Both the position numbers and the translations under genes were made by a program. Shown here piece by piece: positions 17,639 through 27,143 of a stretch of 64,000 nt of DNA; position 1 is the first letter of the stretch; each line of letters begins with the position of its first letter. The notes below the pieces were generated by a model. That model was not told the origin of the DNA and did not search any database. It saw only the letters and a list, made by a program, of their open reading frames with translations. The DNA comes from an uncultured Gammaproteobacteria bacterium (GTDB lineage: Bacteria; Patescibacteriota; Patescibacteriia; UBA2196; CAYSSY01): contig CAYSSY010000001.1 of assembly GCA_964434055.1 (NCBI GenBank), positions 5,094 through 69,093 on the forward strand, read 5' to 3'.

Positions 17639-18401
17639 AGAAAAACAAGTTGCTCTTTTGGCAGCTAAAAAAGCCGGGGCAGAACTTTTAAAACATTTTA
17701 CTAAAATCAGCCGCGCAGTTATCAAAACTAAAAGCAAGCATGAAATTATTACGCCGGCTGATTTGGCTTCGGAAAAAATCATCCTAAATTTAATCAAAAA
17801 AAAATTCCCTAGCCATGCTATTCTTTCAGAAGAAGCCGGACAGAATAAAAAACATTCTGATTATCTGTGGGTAATTGATCCTTTAGATGGCACAACAAAT
17901 TTTGCTATGGGCAATCCTCTTTTTTCCATATCTATAGCTCTTGCTTATAAAAACGAAGTGGTAATGGGACTTGTGACAGCGCCTTACTTAAAAGAAATTT
18001 ATTTGGCAACAAAAAATCATGGCGCTTTTTTAAACGGAAAAAAAATTAGTGTTTCTCAAGAAAGAGAAATTACAAATTCGCTTCTAACATACTGCCATGG
18101 TAACAATAACCAAAGTATCAAGCGTGCCATCAAAATTCATAGTCGTTTAAAATTTCTAGCTCGAGACATCAGACAGATTGGTTCAGCAGCCATTGAGATG
18201 ACCTGGGTCGCACGAGGCAGAACTGATGCTATTATTATTCCAGGTGTCAGACCTTGGGACATTGCCGCTGGCGTTCTTATAGTGCTTGAAGCTAATGGCC
18301 AAGTTACAGACTTAAAAGGCGAGACGTGGCATTTAAAAACCAACGATGTTTACGCCAGTAATGGATTGGTGCACGACAAATTACTAAAATTAATCCAATA
18401 A
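17625..18401 (+). CDS. Inositol monophosphatase family protein (SuhB-like)
   Basis: WVIDPLDGTTNFAMG and LSEEAG motifs. Overlaps the NUDIX gene by 14 nt. Confidence 0.8.
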   Translation: MNLNREKQVALLAAKKAGAELLKHFTKISRAVIKTKSKHEIITPADLASEKIILNLIKKKFPSHAILSEEAGQNKKHSDYLWVIDPLDGTTNFAMGNPLFSISIALAYKNEVVMGLVTAPYLKEIYLATKNHGAFLNGKKISVSQEREITNSLLTYCHGNNNQSIKRAIKIHSRLKFLARDIRQIGSAAIEMTWVARGRTDAIIIPGVRPWDIAAGVLIVLEANGQVTDLKGETWHLKTNDVYASNGLVHDKLLKLIQ

Positions 18402-18443
18402 AAATATCCTACATTCGATATTCTACATTCTATATTCTTAATT

Positions 18444-18674
18444 ATGTTTCTCAACATTAAACTCATACCGCGCGCCAAACACAATAAAATCGAAAGAATC
18501 AATGAAAACAACTATAAAATTCACCTAACTGCCCCGCCGGTCGACAATAAAGCCAATGAAGCTCTGCTTGACATTTTGGCTAAAAACCTTAGAATAAGAA
18601 AAAGCAATCTTAGAATTGTCAAAGGAGAAAAAACAAGAAACAAAGTAATTGAAATTATTCAATTTAGAAATTAG
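18444..18674 (+). CDS. DUF167/YggU-family small protein
   Basis: KIHLTAPPVDNKANEALLDILAKNL...VKGEKTRNKVIEI. Confidence 0.6.
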   Translation: MFLNIKLIPRAKHNKIERINENNYKIHLTAPPVDNKANEALLDILAKNLRIRKSNLRIVKGEKTRNKVIEIIQFRN

Positions 18675-18686
18675 AAATTTTCGTCT

Positions 18687-18761
18687 GGTCCCTTCGTCTA
18701 ACGGTTAGGACATCAGGTTTTCATCCTGAAAATAGGGGTTCGATTCCCCTAGGGACTACCA
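18687..18761 (+). tRNA. tRNA-Glu (anticodon TTC), CCA encoded
   Basis: Acceptor GGTCCCT/AGGGACT, anticodon loop TTTTCAT, T-loop TTCGATT. A terminator hairpin follows at 18767-18796. Confidence 0.85.
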
Positions 18762-18868
18762 AAAGATACTCATTCGTGATAATGAGTGTTTTTTGTTTTA
18801 GAGGTTTTTTCTTTTGTTAAAAAATTAAAAAAAGTCTGATCAATACTGATCAGACTTTAAGAGTCTTG

Positions 18869-20635
18869 TTATTTTTTCTCCTCCAACTTGAGTCTGAATA
18901 ATAACTGCCAAAGATATGTTTGTAATTTGCCATAACTCCAAGTCTGGTTATCAATCCACGTATCGCCCCCTGCCAACACCTTTTCCAGATGATTAACAAC
19001 CGCTTGCCAACCACCAACTTCTCTGCTCACCTCTTCATTGATCACAAAAGGGTCAAAATCTGCAACTGTCTCTGCTATGGGAAGAATGTGGCAAGCACAA
19101 TAGAAAGATTCAGCTAAACCAGCTTCTTCATCTCCGATCGCACCAGCTGCTTCATACAATGAGTCAGCAAAGTCTTGGATTTCAGTGACTGAATACTCCG
19201 GTACCACAGTTGGGCCGCAAATATAGATTGTACCTTGACCAGTAGTGGCATCGTTGACCACTTCAATTGGTACCTGCCAAACCTTGATACAGCGATCAAA
19301 TTTGGCACAGCACTCAAGCTGATGTAAAAACGCCAAGTCAGTCTCAGTACCAATAAATAAGATATCCTCTCGGCTGCAGATCTGCTGAAAATGTTGTCCA
19401 CCGCGACCGCTAGTGTGGTTAAGAGAAGGGAGACCGGCGGAAATATGACCCACAGTATTATACTGAAGTTCCACTAACGCAGCAGCGTTATTGAAATGGG
19501 TATAACTTAACGTTGGAACACGTTCAAAGGATAATCCGGCCACTAAAGGACCAAAGCCAGAAAAACCTGTCTGGGGTACTATCAGCAGATAATTTTTGAG
19601 GATACCGTTAAGATATTCTAGCCAAGAAACATTTTCGTGCGTCCAACCATGTAAACCAGCCCGAACTACAACCTGACAAAACTTCTTGCCATGATTCACG
19701 ATGTCGGTCCCTTGGCACAAAATTACTTTACCTGTGGCTTCATGTGAAATCGGGTCAGGAATTTTATCCTCAAATGGTGCTGCTTGCACAACGGTGATCG
19801 CATCTGGATTAGTATCCGGTGTAGCCCATTCGAGATAATAATTTTTCTGGATTTTAAGTAAGCGCAACGCCTCCCAGAATTTTATCAGTGGCTCGGGTGA
19901 AAAACATCGCCGTAATTCATCAGGCACTGGAATTTCTTCACACTGTCCAGATTCAACATTTATTGCCTGTAAAGTACAAAGATGACTGAGGTTGTAACTG
20001 ATATCAAACATGGTTGGCAACTCTTTGCTAATAACCACCGCTTCAGAATCAACTGCTTTTGTCCCTAAACCCAGACAAACTCGGATTAAACGCTGACCTC
20101 CATAACTCGTGTAAGCACTGCCTGCCAGAAGCGGACAAAAGTACTTACCATAATGACGACCGACCACTGATTGAATCATGACTGCAATACCAAAAGGTGT
20201 ATAGTGTTTTTGGCGATAAGCTCTGGCGTCAGCGCTAAACTCACTGGCAAAAACTGTACATTCAGCCTGCCACAGGAGTTCAAGATTTGATTCCTGGTTT
20301 GCTTTGGGCACAATGAAAACTGTTTTATAAATACCAGTACCGCCCCGCTCACCTCTGGCTGAGGAACGGACAGCTACTGGATAACCTGTTTTGAACCCTG
20401 AAACTAATTCCTGATTAATTGTCAGAAGATCTGGCGGAATTCTGCCACTCAGAACCTGATCTTGATCAGTGTTTTGCTCAAAACCGTTTGTTGCCAAAAA
20501 AGATAAAAAATATTCAACCCCTACTATCTCACCGATAATCGCCTGTAAACCAGCCTGAGATACATCTTGAACAGCGTCTAACAAATCTTGAAATTTGAGA
20601 CCGCCGTCCTGACCGTGTAATTTGTAAAGAGCCAT
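18869..20635 (-). CDS. PEP synthase / pyruvate-phosphate-dikinase-like protein: N-terminal ATP-grasp (PPDK_N-type) domain plus a possible degenerate swivel-His segment. It lacks the C-terminal PEP-binding TIM barrel. GC-rich, likely foreign.
   Basis: PVAVRSSARGE...VFASEFSADARAYR...GIAVMIQSVV...CLGLGTKAV aligns block-wise to the PPDK_N consensus (VAVRSSA, VFASLF..R...YR, AWGLGE). Later, TSGRGGQHFQQICSRED resembles the GGxxSHAAIxARE phospho-His motif. About 47% GC. The track start is TTG; the start was moved to ATG 20635, which has an AAGGAG SD. Terminator hairpin at 18833-18856. Confidence 0.5.
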   Translation of the reverse strand: MALYKLHGQDGGLKFQDLLDAVQDVSQAGLQAIIGEIVGVEYFLSFLATNGFEQNTDQDQVLSGRIPPDLLTINQELVSGFKTGYPVAVRSSARGERGGTGIYKTVFIVPKANQESNLELLWQAECTVFASEFSADARAYRQKHYTPFGIAVMIQSVVGRHYGKYFCPLLAGSAYTSYGGQRLIRVCLGLGTKAVDSEAVVISKELPTMFDISYNLSHLCTLQAINVESGQCEEIPVPDELRRCFSPEPLIKFWEALRLLKIQKNYYLEWATPDTNPDAITVVQAAPFEDKIPDPISHEATGKVILCQGTDIVNHGKKFCQVVVRAGLHGWTHENVSWLEYLNGILKNYLLIVPQTGFSGFGPLVAGLSFERVPTLSYTHFNNAAALVELQYNTVGHISAGLPSLNHTSGRGGQHFQQICSREDILFIGTETDLAFLHQLECCAKFDRCIKVWQVPIEVVNDATTGQGTIYICGPTVVPEYSVTEIQDFADSLYEAAGAIGDEEAGLAESFYCACHILPIAETVADFDPFVINEEVSREVGGWQAVVNHLEKVLAGGDTWIDNQTWSYGKLQTYLWQLLFRLKLEEKK

Positions 20636-20897
20636 CTTAGTCTCCTTCAATTTTATTTTCCATAATCTCAACAGTCACATGTTACTTGAAGGTCAAAAAC
20701 TTGTCAATTTAAACTTTGATTATCATGACCCCAAACACAATTAAATAAAAGATCTAATTATTGGTTTTAATGCTAGTATTTTCAAGATTTTGACTAAATT
20801 GAAAAAACAAACCCTTGACAAGTAGCCAACTAACTCTACTATTAATATTAATAATTTTTCAATTCTAATAATTACCTATTAAAATCAGTATTAATTT

Positions 20898-22466
20898 ATG
20901 GAAACAGATACTAGGTCAAACGGTCAATTAGCAATCAAAAAAATAGGCACAAACGAAGTATTAAAAAAACTTAAAGAAAGTATCTTGATTCACAAACCAG
21001 TACTACGTCAGATTATCAATGATCACGGCGATAAATATATTAGCCAGTATGCTGAAAGTTATCATCAACTATCAATTAGTAAAAAAATAACCTCACGACA
21101 AATACAACTACTTAATACCTTTAATAAATATGTAGCAGACCGCCTTGATCAGTCGGTGGCAGATCAGGCTACGCAGCAGCTTAAAAAATCTTATTTTGTT
21201 TCTACTACTGATCATCATGGACCGTTAATTCATCCTTTTTTTGTTAATGGTAACCTAATCAGCGCCGCCTCACATCTCAGTCAAAATCCACAAGGACCAA
21301 ACAATGTCATTGTTTTTTCCTGTGCTAACGTATCTTTAAATAACTCATCTTTTCCGCGCGGCCTGCTTTTCCACCGGCTAGAAAAAAATAAAGCACACAT
21401 GGAACGACTGTCTTTCTATCCGGCCAGTGACCGACTGTGCCCTGTCTATGGTTTGCGACCTTATACCAGCAAAGATATCGATCGACTTGTCAAACAAATA
21501 AATAACTTGAATAAAAAAGGTAAACTCTCAAATAAAACCACGGCCGATATCCGCGAAATACTAACTGGTGTTATGGGAACAGAAAAAATACTCACAACCA
21601 AAAACTTTACTGATCAAGTTACAAAAATTAATTTTCAACTTTGGCAAATTTTCTTCCGCCGTAATAATCTTAATGCTATGAATCTGATCTATATTGATCA
21701 AGAGGGTTTAGTAAATGAGTTGTTACTTAACTACCACCTAGACAAAAATACACTGATCAATAAAATTCTATTCAATAATGAAGTCAGAAAACTCTGGTTG
21801 TTATATTTTGACGGTATCATCGGCTCGTTCAATACTGCTGATAAAATCGGCACTCATTTCTTTTGGGCAATACCACCGAATGAAAAATACCGTCAACAGC
21901 TCTGGTATAAAGACGGCCGTCTGCAAACAAGTGATGGTAGTTATTCTCTGGATTTAAATCCACAAACAATCAGACAGGCAATTCTCAATAAAGAAATTAT
22001 GCCCGGCATGGCATTAACCTTTACCATACTGGCTTTTTATTACGGTTTAAAATGTTTAGGTGGCTTTAGTCAGGTCAATTATCTAAGTGAGATGAAAGCT
22101 AGTTTCCTGAAACTAATCACTGACATCAACGACATAGAAAGCCGGGAAATAAGCCAAGGAGTAATTACCAATGAATTATGTGGAGAGGTAACTTTAGCCT
22201 TCATTCAAAGCCCAGGACAATTTATTCATCCCGCTACCTTTATAGATTTGTTGCTCTATGGCGACAGAAGCACCTGGCAAAAAATTACTCAACTAATGAA
22301 ACAAATAAAACTTGAAGAGGCTCTCGACCCTTTAATGCCTGAGCTTTACCGCATTGTCTATAGTGATCAAGAACGTTTAACGTTTTTAACCGATATTACC
22401 CCTGAACATATTATTCAAGAAACCAAACTAGGTAAAAAAATACATCCTTGCGCTTTTCTTGTTTAG
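20898..22466 (+). CDS. Hypothetical 522-aa protein, divergent from the PPDK_N-like gene
   Basis: Long ORF with an ATG start and no recognised motif. A candidate promoter TTGACA is at 20814. Confidence 0.4.
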   Translation: METDTRSNGQLAIKKIGTNEVLKKLKESILIHKPVLRQIINDHGDKYISQYAESYHQLSISKKITSRQIQLLNTFNKYVADRLDQSVADQATQQLKKSYFVSTTDHHGPLIHPFFVNGNLISAASHLSQNPQGPNNVIVFSCANVSLNNSSFPRGLLFHRLEKNKAHMERLSFYPASDRLCPVYGLRPYTSKDIDRLVKQINNLNKKGKLSNKTTADIREILTGVMGTEKILTTKNFTDQVTKINFQLWQIFFRRNNLNAMNLIYIDQEGLVNELLLNYHLDKNTLINKILFNNEVRKLWLLYFDGIIGSFNTADKIGTHFFWAIPPNEKYRQQLWYKDGRLQTSDGSYSLDLNPQTIRQAILNKEIMPGMALTFTILAFYYGLKCLGGFSQVNYLSEMKASFLKLITDINDIESREISQGVITNELCGEVTLAFIQSPGQFIHPATFIDLLLYGDRSTWQKITQLMKQIKLEEALDPLMPELYRIVYSDQERLTFLTDITPEHIIQETKLGKKIHPCAFLV

Positions 22467-22603
22467 AATTATCCAATAAACCAATAACTTAACTTGGCTA
22501 AACTATTGGTTTTTTGTCTATAAAATATTATTATTGTATAATATATCTATCCAATTATAACTAACCCACAGCTCCCAAGAGAGCTTGACGATAATATAAA
22601 AAT

Positions 22604-23080
22604 ATGGCCACAAAATTTTTCAACAAACTTATTGGCTTACAAGATAATAATGACGACGAAATAATAGATAAAAGCCAGGAAGAAAAAAAGACAGCAAATG
22701 AAGATTTGCCACTGGCTCCTAAAAATTCGGCTTGGCCAGCTACTGATGAAGAAGGTCAATTATCAGTTGATGTTTACCAAACTGAAAATTCTTTGATTAT
22801 CAAATCGACAATTGCTGGTGTTAAGCCTGAAGATCTAGATATTGCCATCAATAATGACATGGTCACCATAAAAGGCGAACGCAAACACGAAAAGGAAATC
22901 AAAGAGAGTGATTATTTCTATCAGGAATGCTACTGGGGCAGTTTTTCTAGATCGATTATTCTGCCAATGGAAGTTGTAGCAGATGAAGCTGATGCTTCCT
23001 TAAAAAATGGTGTTTTAACTATAACTTTACCTAAGGCAAGAAAAAGTCAGTCAGTTGCAATCAAGATAAAAACAGATTAA
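22604..23080 (+). CDS. Hsp20/alpha-crystallin family small heat-shock protein
   Basis: SVDVYQTENSLIIKSTIAGVKPEDLDIAINNDMVTIKGER...NGVLTITLPK. Promoter TTGTCT-N17-TATAAT at 22514-22542. Confidence 0.85.
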   Translation: MATKFFNKLIGLQDNNDDEIIDKSQEEKKTANEDLPLAPKNSAWPATDEEGQLSVDVYQTENSLIIKSTIAGVKPEDLDIAINNDMVTIKGERKHEKEIKESDYFYQECYWGSFSRSIILPMEVVADEADASLKNGVLTITLPKARKSQSVAIKIKTD

Positions 23081-23087
23081 TAAAATT

Positions 23088-23318
23088 ATGAATGAAGTTA
23101 TAAATTATCTTAAAGTTACCCTAGACCGTTTCGAGGGTAAAGATGCTATTCTGATTTCTGAATCAGGGCAACAATTTAATTGGCCTTTAAAAAATCTGCC
23201 AGATGACGCCAAAGAAGGCGATCAATTCCATCTAATACTGGCTAACTCGGAATCAGAAAAAGAAGAAAAGGAAAAAAAAGCTAAGGCTCTCCTTAATGAA
23301 ATTTTAAAAAATGAATAG
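23088..23318 (+). CDS. DUF3006-family small protein
   Basis: VTLDRFEGKDAILISESGQQFNWPLKNLPDDAKEGDQF pattern. Confidence 0.5.
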   Translation: MNEVINYLKVTLDRFEGKDAILISESGQQFNWPLKNLPDDAKEGDQFHLILANSESEKEEKEKKAKALLNEILKNE

Positions 23319-25196
23319 ATGCCAACTTTAAAAATTAAAACGGTCACCGAGCATAATAAAAAAAACAATGTTGCATTAGTGGCAACTGTTTTTTTGATAT
23401 TTTTTTTACTCACAACGGTCGGTTTTAATCTGGTCTATGATTTAATTTTTAAAAACAAAGTTTATTCACAGATTATGATAGGCGATTGGGATTTGGGTGG
23501 TCAATCAAGTCAGGTCGCTCTCGATATTTTAGAACAAAAAACAGGCACACTAAAAAATAATGGTTTTAGTTTACAAGTTAACAATGAAAAAAAAATCACT
23601 ATTTTACCGATTGTCTCTTCACTCTCAGACCCTGACTTAAGTTATGAATTAATTAGTTTCCAAAACAAAGAAACCATTGATCATGCCTACAATCAAGGCC
23701 GAAGCAATAATCTAATAACTAATTATCTTTTCAAAATCAAATCACTTTTTGTACCAACACCAATAACACTTATTTATCAAATAGATAGACAAAAATTATT
23801 AACTATAATTAGAAGCAGTCTTGAATCCCAAAAAAAACCAGCTCAAAATGCGACTATCAAATTCATTGGCGATGAAATAGTAATTTTGCCGGAGGAACAA
23901 GGCACAATTTTTGATTACGAACAAGTATTAAAAGAAATTGAACTACGCCTAAAAAACCTAACTAATCAACCAATAAATATATTGGCTCAGGTCGATTTAC
24001 CTAAAGTAAAACAACAAGAGGCTCAAAACTTAATTCCGGCTATTAAACAGATAATGAACACTTCAACACCAGTACTTTATTTTAATACTGCTGCAGACGG
24101 TCAAAAAGAAAAAAAGTTAACTTGGGCAATATCTTTAGCTGAAATAAAAAAATGGCTGGTTTTTGATAAATTAGATAGCAATGATGTTATTTTAAACTTT
24201 AATTCAGAATTGGCAATTGATTTTTTTACACCAATCAGTCAAGAAGTAAATCTACCAGTTCAAGAAGCAAAATTCGAAGTTAATAACGGCCGGGTAACAA
24301 AGTTCCAGACTTCGCGTGACGGACGAGAACTTGATCTGGAAAAAACATTAGAAAAATTACGCCATGATTATCTGATTAGTAATAAAAAAGAAGTTGAGTT
24401 GGTAATTAAAAGCACAAAATCAAAAATTACTACAGTTAGTGATATTAATGATTTGGGGATTAGCGAAATTATTGGTATCGGAAGATCAAATTTTGCCGGT
24501 TCACCAAAAAATAGGAGACACAATATAAAAACAGGGGCAGAGAGTATAAATGGGCTATTGATCAAACCAGAAGAAGAATTCTCGCTAAATAAAGCTTTGG
24601 GGAACATCGACGCTTCAACGGGTTATCTGCCGGAATTAGTTATAAAAGGAGATCGCACTATACCTGAGTACGGAGGTGGTTTGTGTCAAATCGGCACCAC
24701 CATGTTTCGAGCAGCTCTTGATAGTGGCTTACCAATAACTGAAAGAAAAAATCATTCTTATCGTGTCAGATATTACGAACCGGCTGGCACTGATGCTACT
24801 ATTTATTCACCTCATCCCGATTTGCGTTTTATGAATGACACAAAAAATTATTTACTTCTACAGACAAAAATCGAGGGCGATGATCTTATTTTTGAGCTCT
24901 GGGGACAAAACGATGGACGACATGCAACCACGACCCCTTCTAAAATATATAATTTCATTGCCCCGCCTCCGAGCAAAACAATCGAAACTGAAGATCTAAA
25001 ACCGGGTGAAAAAAAATGCACCGAACACGCGATTACTGGTGCCACCGCTGAATTTACCTACACCATTAACTATCCAGACGGAAGAAAGATAGAAAATATT
25101 TTTAAAAGCGTCTACCGACCGTGGCAAGAGGTTTGTCTAATCGGCATTGACCCAACAAAAAAAGTTGCCACCACTACTTCAGAAACTATCCCCTAA
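23319..25196 (+). CDS. VanW-family protein (N-terminal TM anchor, C-terminal VanW domain)
   Basis: GGGLCQIGTTMFRAALDSGLPITERKNHSYRVRYYEPAGTDATIY matches the VanW core. Confidence 0.75.
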   Translation: MPTLKIKTVTEHNKKNNVALVATVFLIFFLLTTVGFNLVYDLIFKNKVYSQIMIGDWDLGGQSSQVALDILEQKTGTLKNNGFSLQVNNEKKITILPIVSSLSDPDLSYELISFQNKETIDHAYNQGRSNNLITNYLFKIKSLFVPTPITLIYQIDRQKLLTIIRSSLESQKKPAQNATIKFIGDEIVILPEEQGTIFDYEQVLKEIELRLKNLTNQPINILAQVDLPKVKQQEAQNLIPAIKQIMNTSTPVLYFNTAADGQKEKKLTWAISLAEIKKWLVFDKLDSNDVILNFNSELAIDFFTPISQEVNLPVQEAKFEVNNGRVTKFQTSRDGRELDLEKTLEKLRHDYLISNKKEVELVIKSTKSKITTVSDINDLGISEIIGIGRSNFAGSPKNRRHNIKTGAESINGLLIKPEEEFSLNKALGNIDASTGYLPELVIKGDRTIPEYGGGLCQIGTTMFRAALDSGLPITERKNHSYRVRYYEPAGTDATIYSPHPDLRFMNDTKNYLLLQTKIEGDDLIFELWGQNDGRHATTTPSKIYNFIAPPPSKTIETEDLKPGEKKCTEHAITGATAEFTYTINYPDGRKIENIFKSVYRPWQEVCLIGIDPTKKVATTTSETIP

Positions 25197-25339
25197 AAAA
25201 ATAACCCCAGATTACTCTGGGGTTTAATTTTCTACTCTAACCTTTAGGCGATATTTTAAGTTTATAGGGAAACTTTTAGGGAATTGATGTTAGTTTTATT
25301 TCTAATAATTTAGAATTAAAAAGCTAACTTAATTTAAAA

Positions 25340-25490
25340 GGTCGAGTTTCTCGCCTAAAGGTTAGAACCGAAAATTATCCCGGTGAGTCTGCAGGCAAGA
25401 AAACCTTTATACAGGCATAATCGAGGTAAAACCCAGATAAGCCTAACAAAGGTCCCCATGCTCGTCGTGCCTGCAGACTAACCAGGATAA
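25340..25490. ncRNA. Candidate structured RNA / GC-rich element of unknown class in an AT-rich intergenic spacer
   Basis: A 12-bp inverted repeat GAGTCTGCAGGC (25385-96) / GCCTGCAGACT (25469-79) encloses nested helices ACCTTT/AAAGGT and CAGGC/GCCT. The local GC is about 50%. No ORF. Confidence 0.25.
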
Positions 25491-25650
25491 TGAACAAATC
25501 CATAAAAATTAAAAAAATAGCTTTAATTAGCTAAAATATTTCAATTTCAAAGTTTAACAAATAACTATAGCACTCTGGTTAATTCTTGTCAAGATTAGAT
25601 AAAAATATTAAAATAAAAAGATAAAAAATAATTAAAATAAATCTGACATT

Positions 25651-27048
25651 ATGGCAACAAAAGAATCAAGACTTCTCTTTAATAGACCGAATTTTTGGGA
25701 AGAAGCTAATCCAAAGACAATAAAAGAGGCCTTTAGTTTTTCTGAAAACTACAAAAATTTTCTTAATAATGCCAAAACAGAAAAACAGGTTATAAATGAA
25801 TGTATAAAAAGTGCTTTAAAAAAGGGGTTTAAAATATCTGAACTAAACATCCCATCAGCAAATGCTCGGGATAATAAAAAATTTATTTTTATTAATCGCA
25901 ATAAAAGTGCTATATTTGTTTCTCTCGGCAAGAAAAAACTCGTCAGCGGTGCTAATTTTATTATTGCTCACGTCGATGCGCCACATCTCGACCTAAAAGT
26001 TAGACCACTTTATGAAGATAGCGGTATTGCTTATTTTAAACCTCATTATTACGGTGGTATAAAAAAATATCATTGGCCAGCAATACCTCTTAGTCTTCAT
26101 GGCACTGTTATTTTAAAAAATGGCCAAGAGATAGAAATTAATATCGGTAACAAAGATAACGATCAAATATTTGTTATATCCGATTTACTTCCCCATTTGG
26201 ATAGTGACCGTCTTGATCGCCCTCTAAATAAAGCAGTCGAGGCAGAAGACCTAAATATCATTGTCGGCTCGATACCTGTTAAAAATAAAAAAATAAAGAC
26301 TCGTGTAAAACTAACGGTACTGGAATGGTTAAACAAGAATTATCAGATGGACGAGGAAGATCTATTTACGGCTGACTTAAGATTTGTACCAGCTTGGTCA
26401 GCTAAAGATGTTGGTTTTGATCGTAGTTTAGTAGCCAGTTATGGTCAAGACGACCGAGCATGTGTTTATACTGGTTTCCAAGCTTTTCTTGACGCAAAAA
26501 ACGAACAACAAACAAAAATATGTTATCTTGTTGATAAAGAAGAGATCGGCAGTGTTGGCACAACCAGTGCAGATTCTAATTTTTTAGAAAATTCGATTGA
26601 ACATTTAATTAGCCTGACAAATAGCTCCTTGAGTGTTAATGATTTTTTGCGACTTTCACAAGGTGTTTCCGCTGATACAACAGCAGCCTTTGATCCTGAT
26701 TATAAAAGTGTCTATGATCCTCACAATTCAATCCATTTAGGTAAAGGTGTGGCGATTGAAAAATATCTTGGTCGGGGCGGTAAATATTTTACCATTGAAG
26801 CAGAACCAATATTTATCAGAAAAATTCTAAATATTTTCAAAAAAAATAATATCATTTGGCAAACCGGCCATTTAGGGAAAGTTGACCAAGGTGGCGGTGG
26901 CTCTATCGCTGGTTATTTAGCAAGACGTAATATGGAAATAGTTGACATGGGACCACCACTTCTAAATCTACACTCACCTTGTGAATTGTCATCAAAAGCA
27001 GACATTTACTCAGCATATAGAGCTTATAAGGTTTTCATGGAAAATTAA
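25651..27048 (+). CDS. M18-family aminopeptidase
   Basis: IIAHVDAPHLDLKV (cf. the HTDSP motif) and a length of 465 aa. Terminator at 27058-27092. Confidence 0.65.
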   Translation: MATKESRLLFNRPNFWEEANPKTIKEAFSFSENYKNFLNNAKTEKQVINECIKSALKKGFKISELNIPSANARDNKKFIFINRNKSAIFVSLGKKKLVSGANFIIAHVDAPHLDLKVRPLYEDSGIAYFKPHYYGGIKKYHWPAIPLSLHGTVILKNGQEIEINIGNKDNDQIFVISDLLPHLDSDRLDRPLNKAVEAEDLNIIVGSIPVKNKKIKTRVKLTVLEWLNKNYQMDEEDLFTADLRFVPAWSAKDVGFDRSLVASYGQDDRACVYTGFQAFLDAKNEQQTKICYLVDKEEIGSVGTTSADSNFLENSIEHLISLTNSSLSVNDFLRLSQGVSADTTAAFDPDYKSVYDPHNSIHLGKGVAIEKYLGRGGKYFTIEAEPIFIRKILNIFKKNNIIWQTGHLGKVDQGGGGSIAGYLARRNMEIVDMGPPLLNLHSPCELSSKADIYSAYRAYKVFMEN

Positions 27049-27143
27049 TAATTATAAAACCGCTTCTACTTACAAGAAAAGCGGTTTTTTAATTGCCAAA
27101 AACTGTTTAATAATGGTAAAATTTACTTATAAAATTTGAATTT

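Noticed and set aside
25340-25490. Attempt to classify the GC-rich element as SRP RNA, RNase P RNA, tmRNA or a known riboswitch
   Set aside because: None of the diagnostic motifs are present. Missing are the SRP domain-IV GGAA/AGCAG, the RNase P P4 AGGAAAGUCCGG, and the tmRNA tRNA-like 3' end. The class remains unknown.
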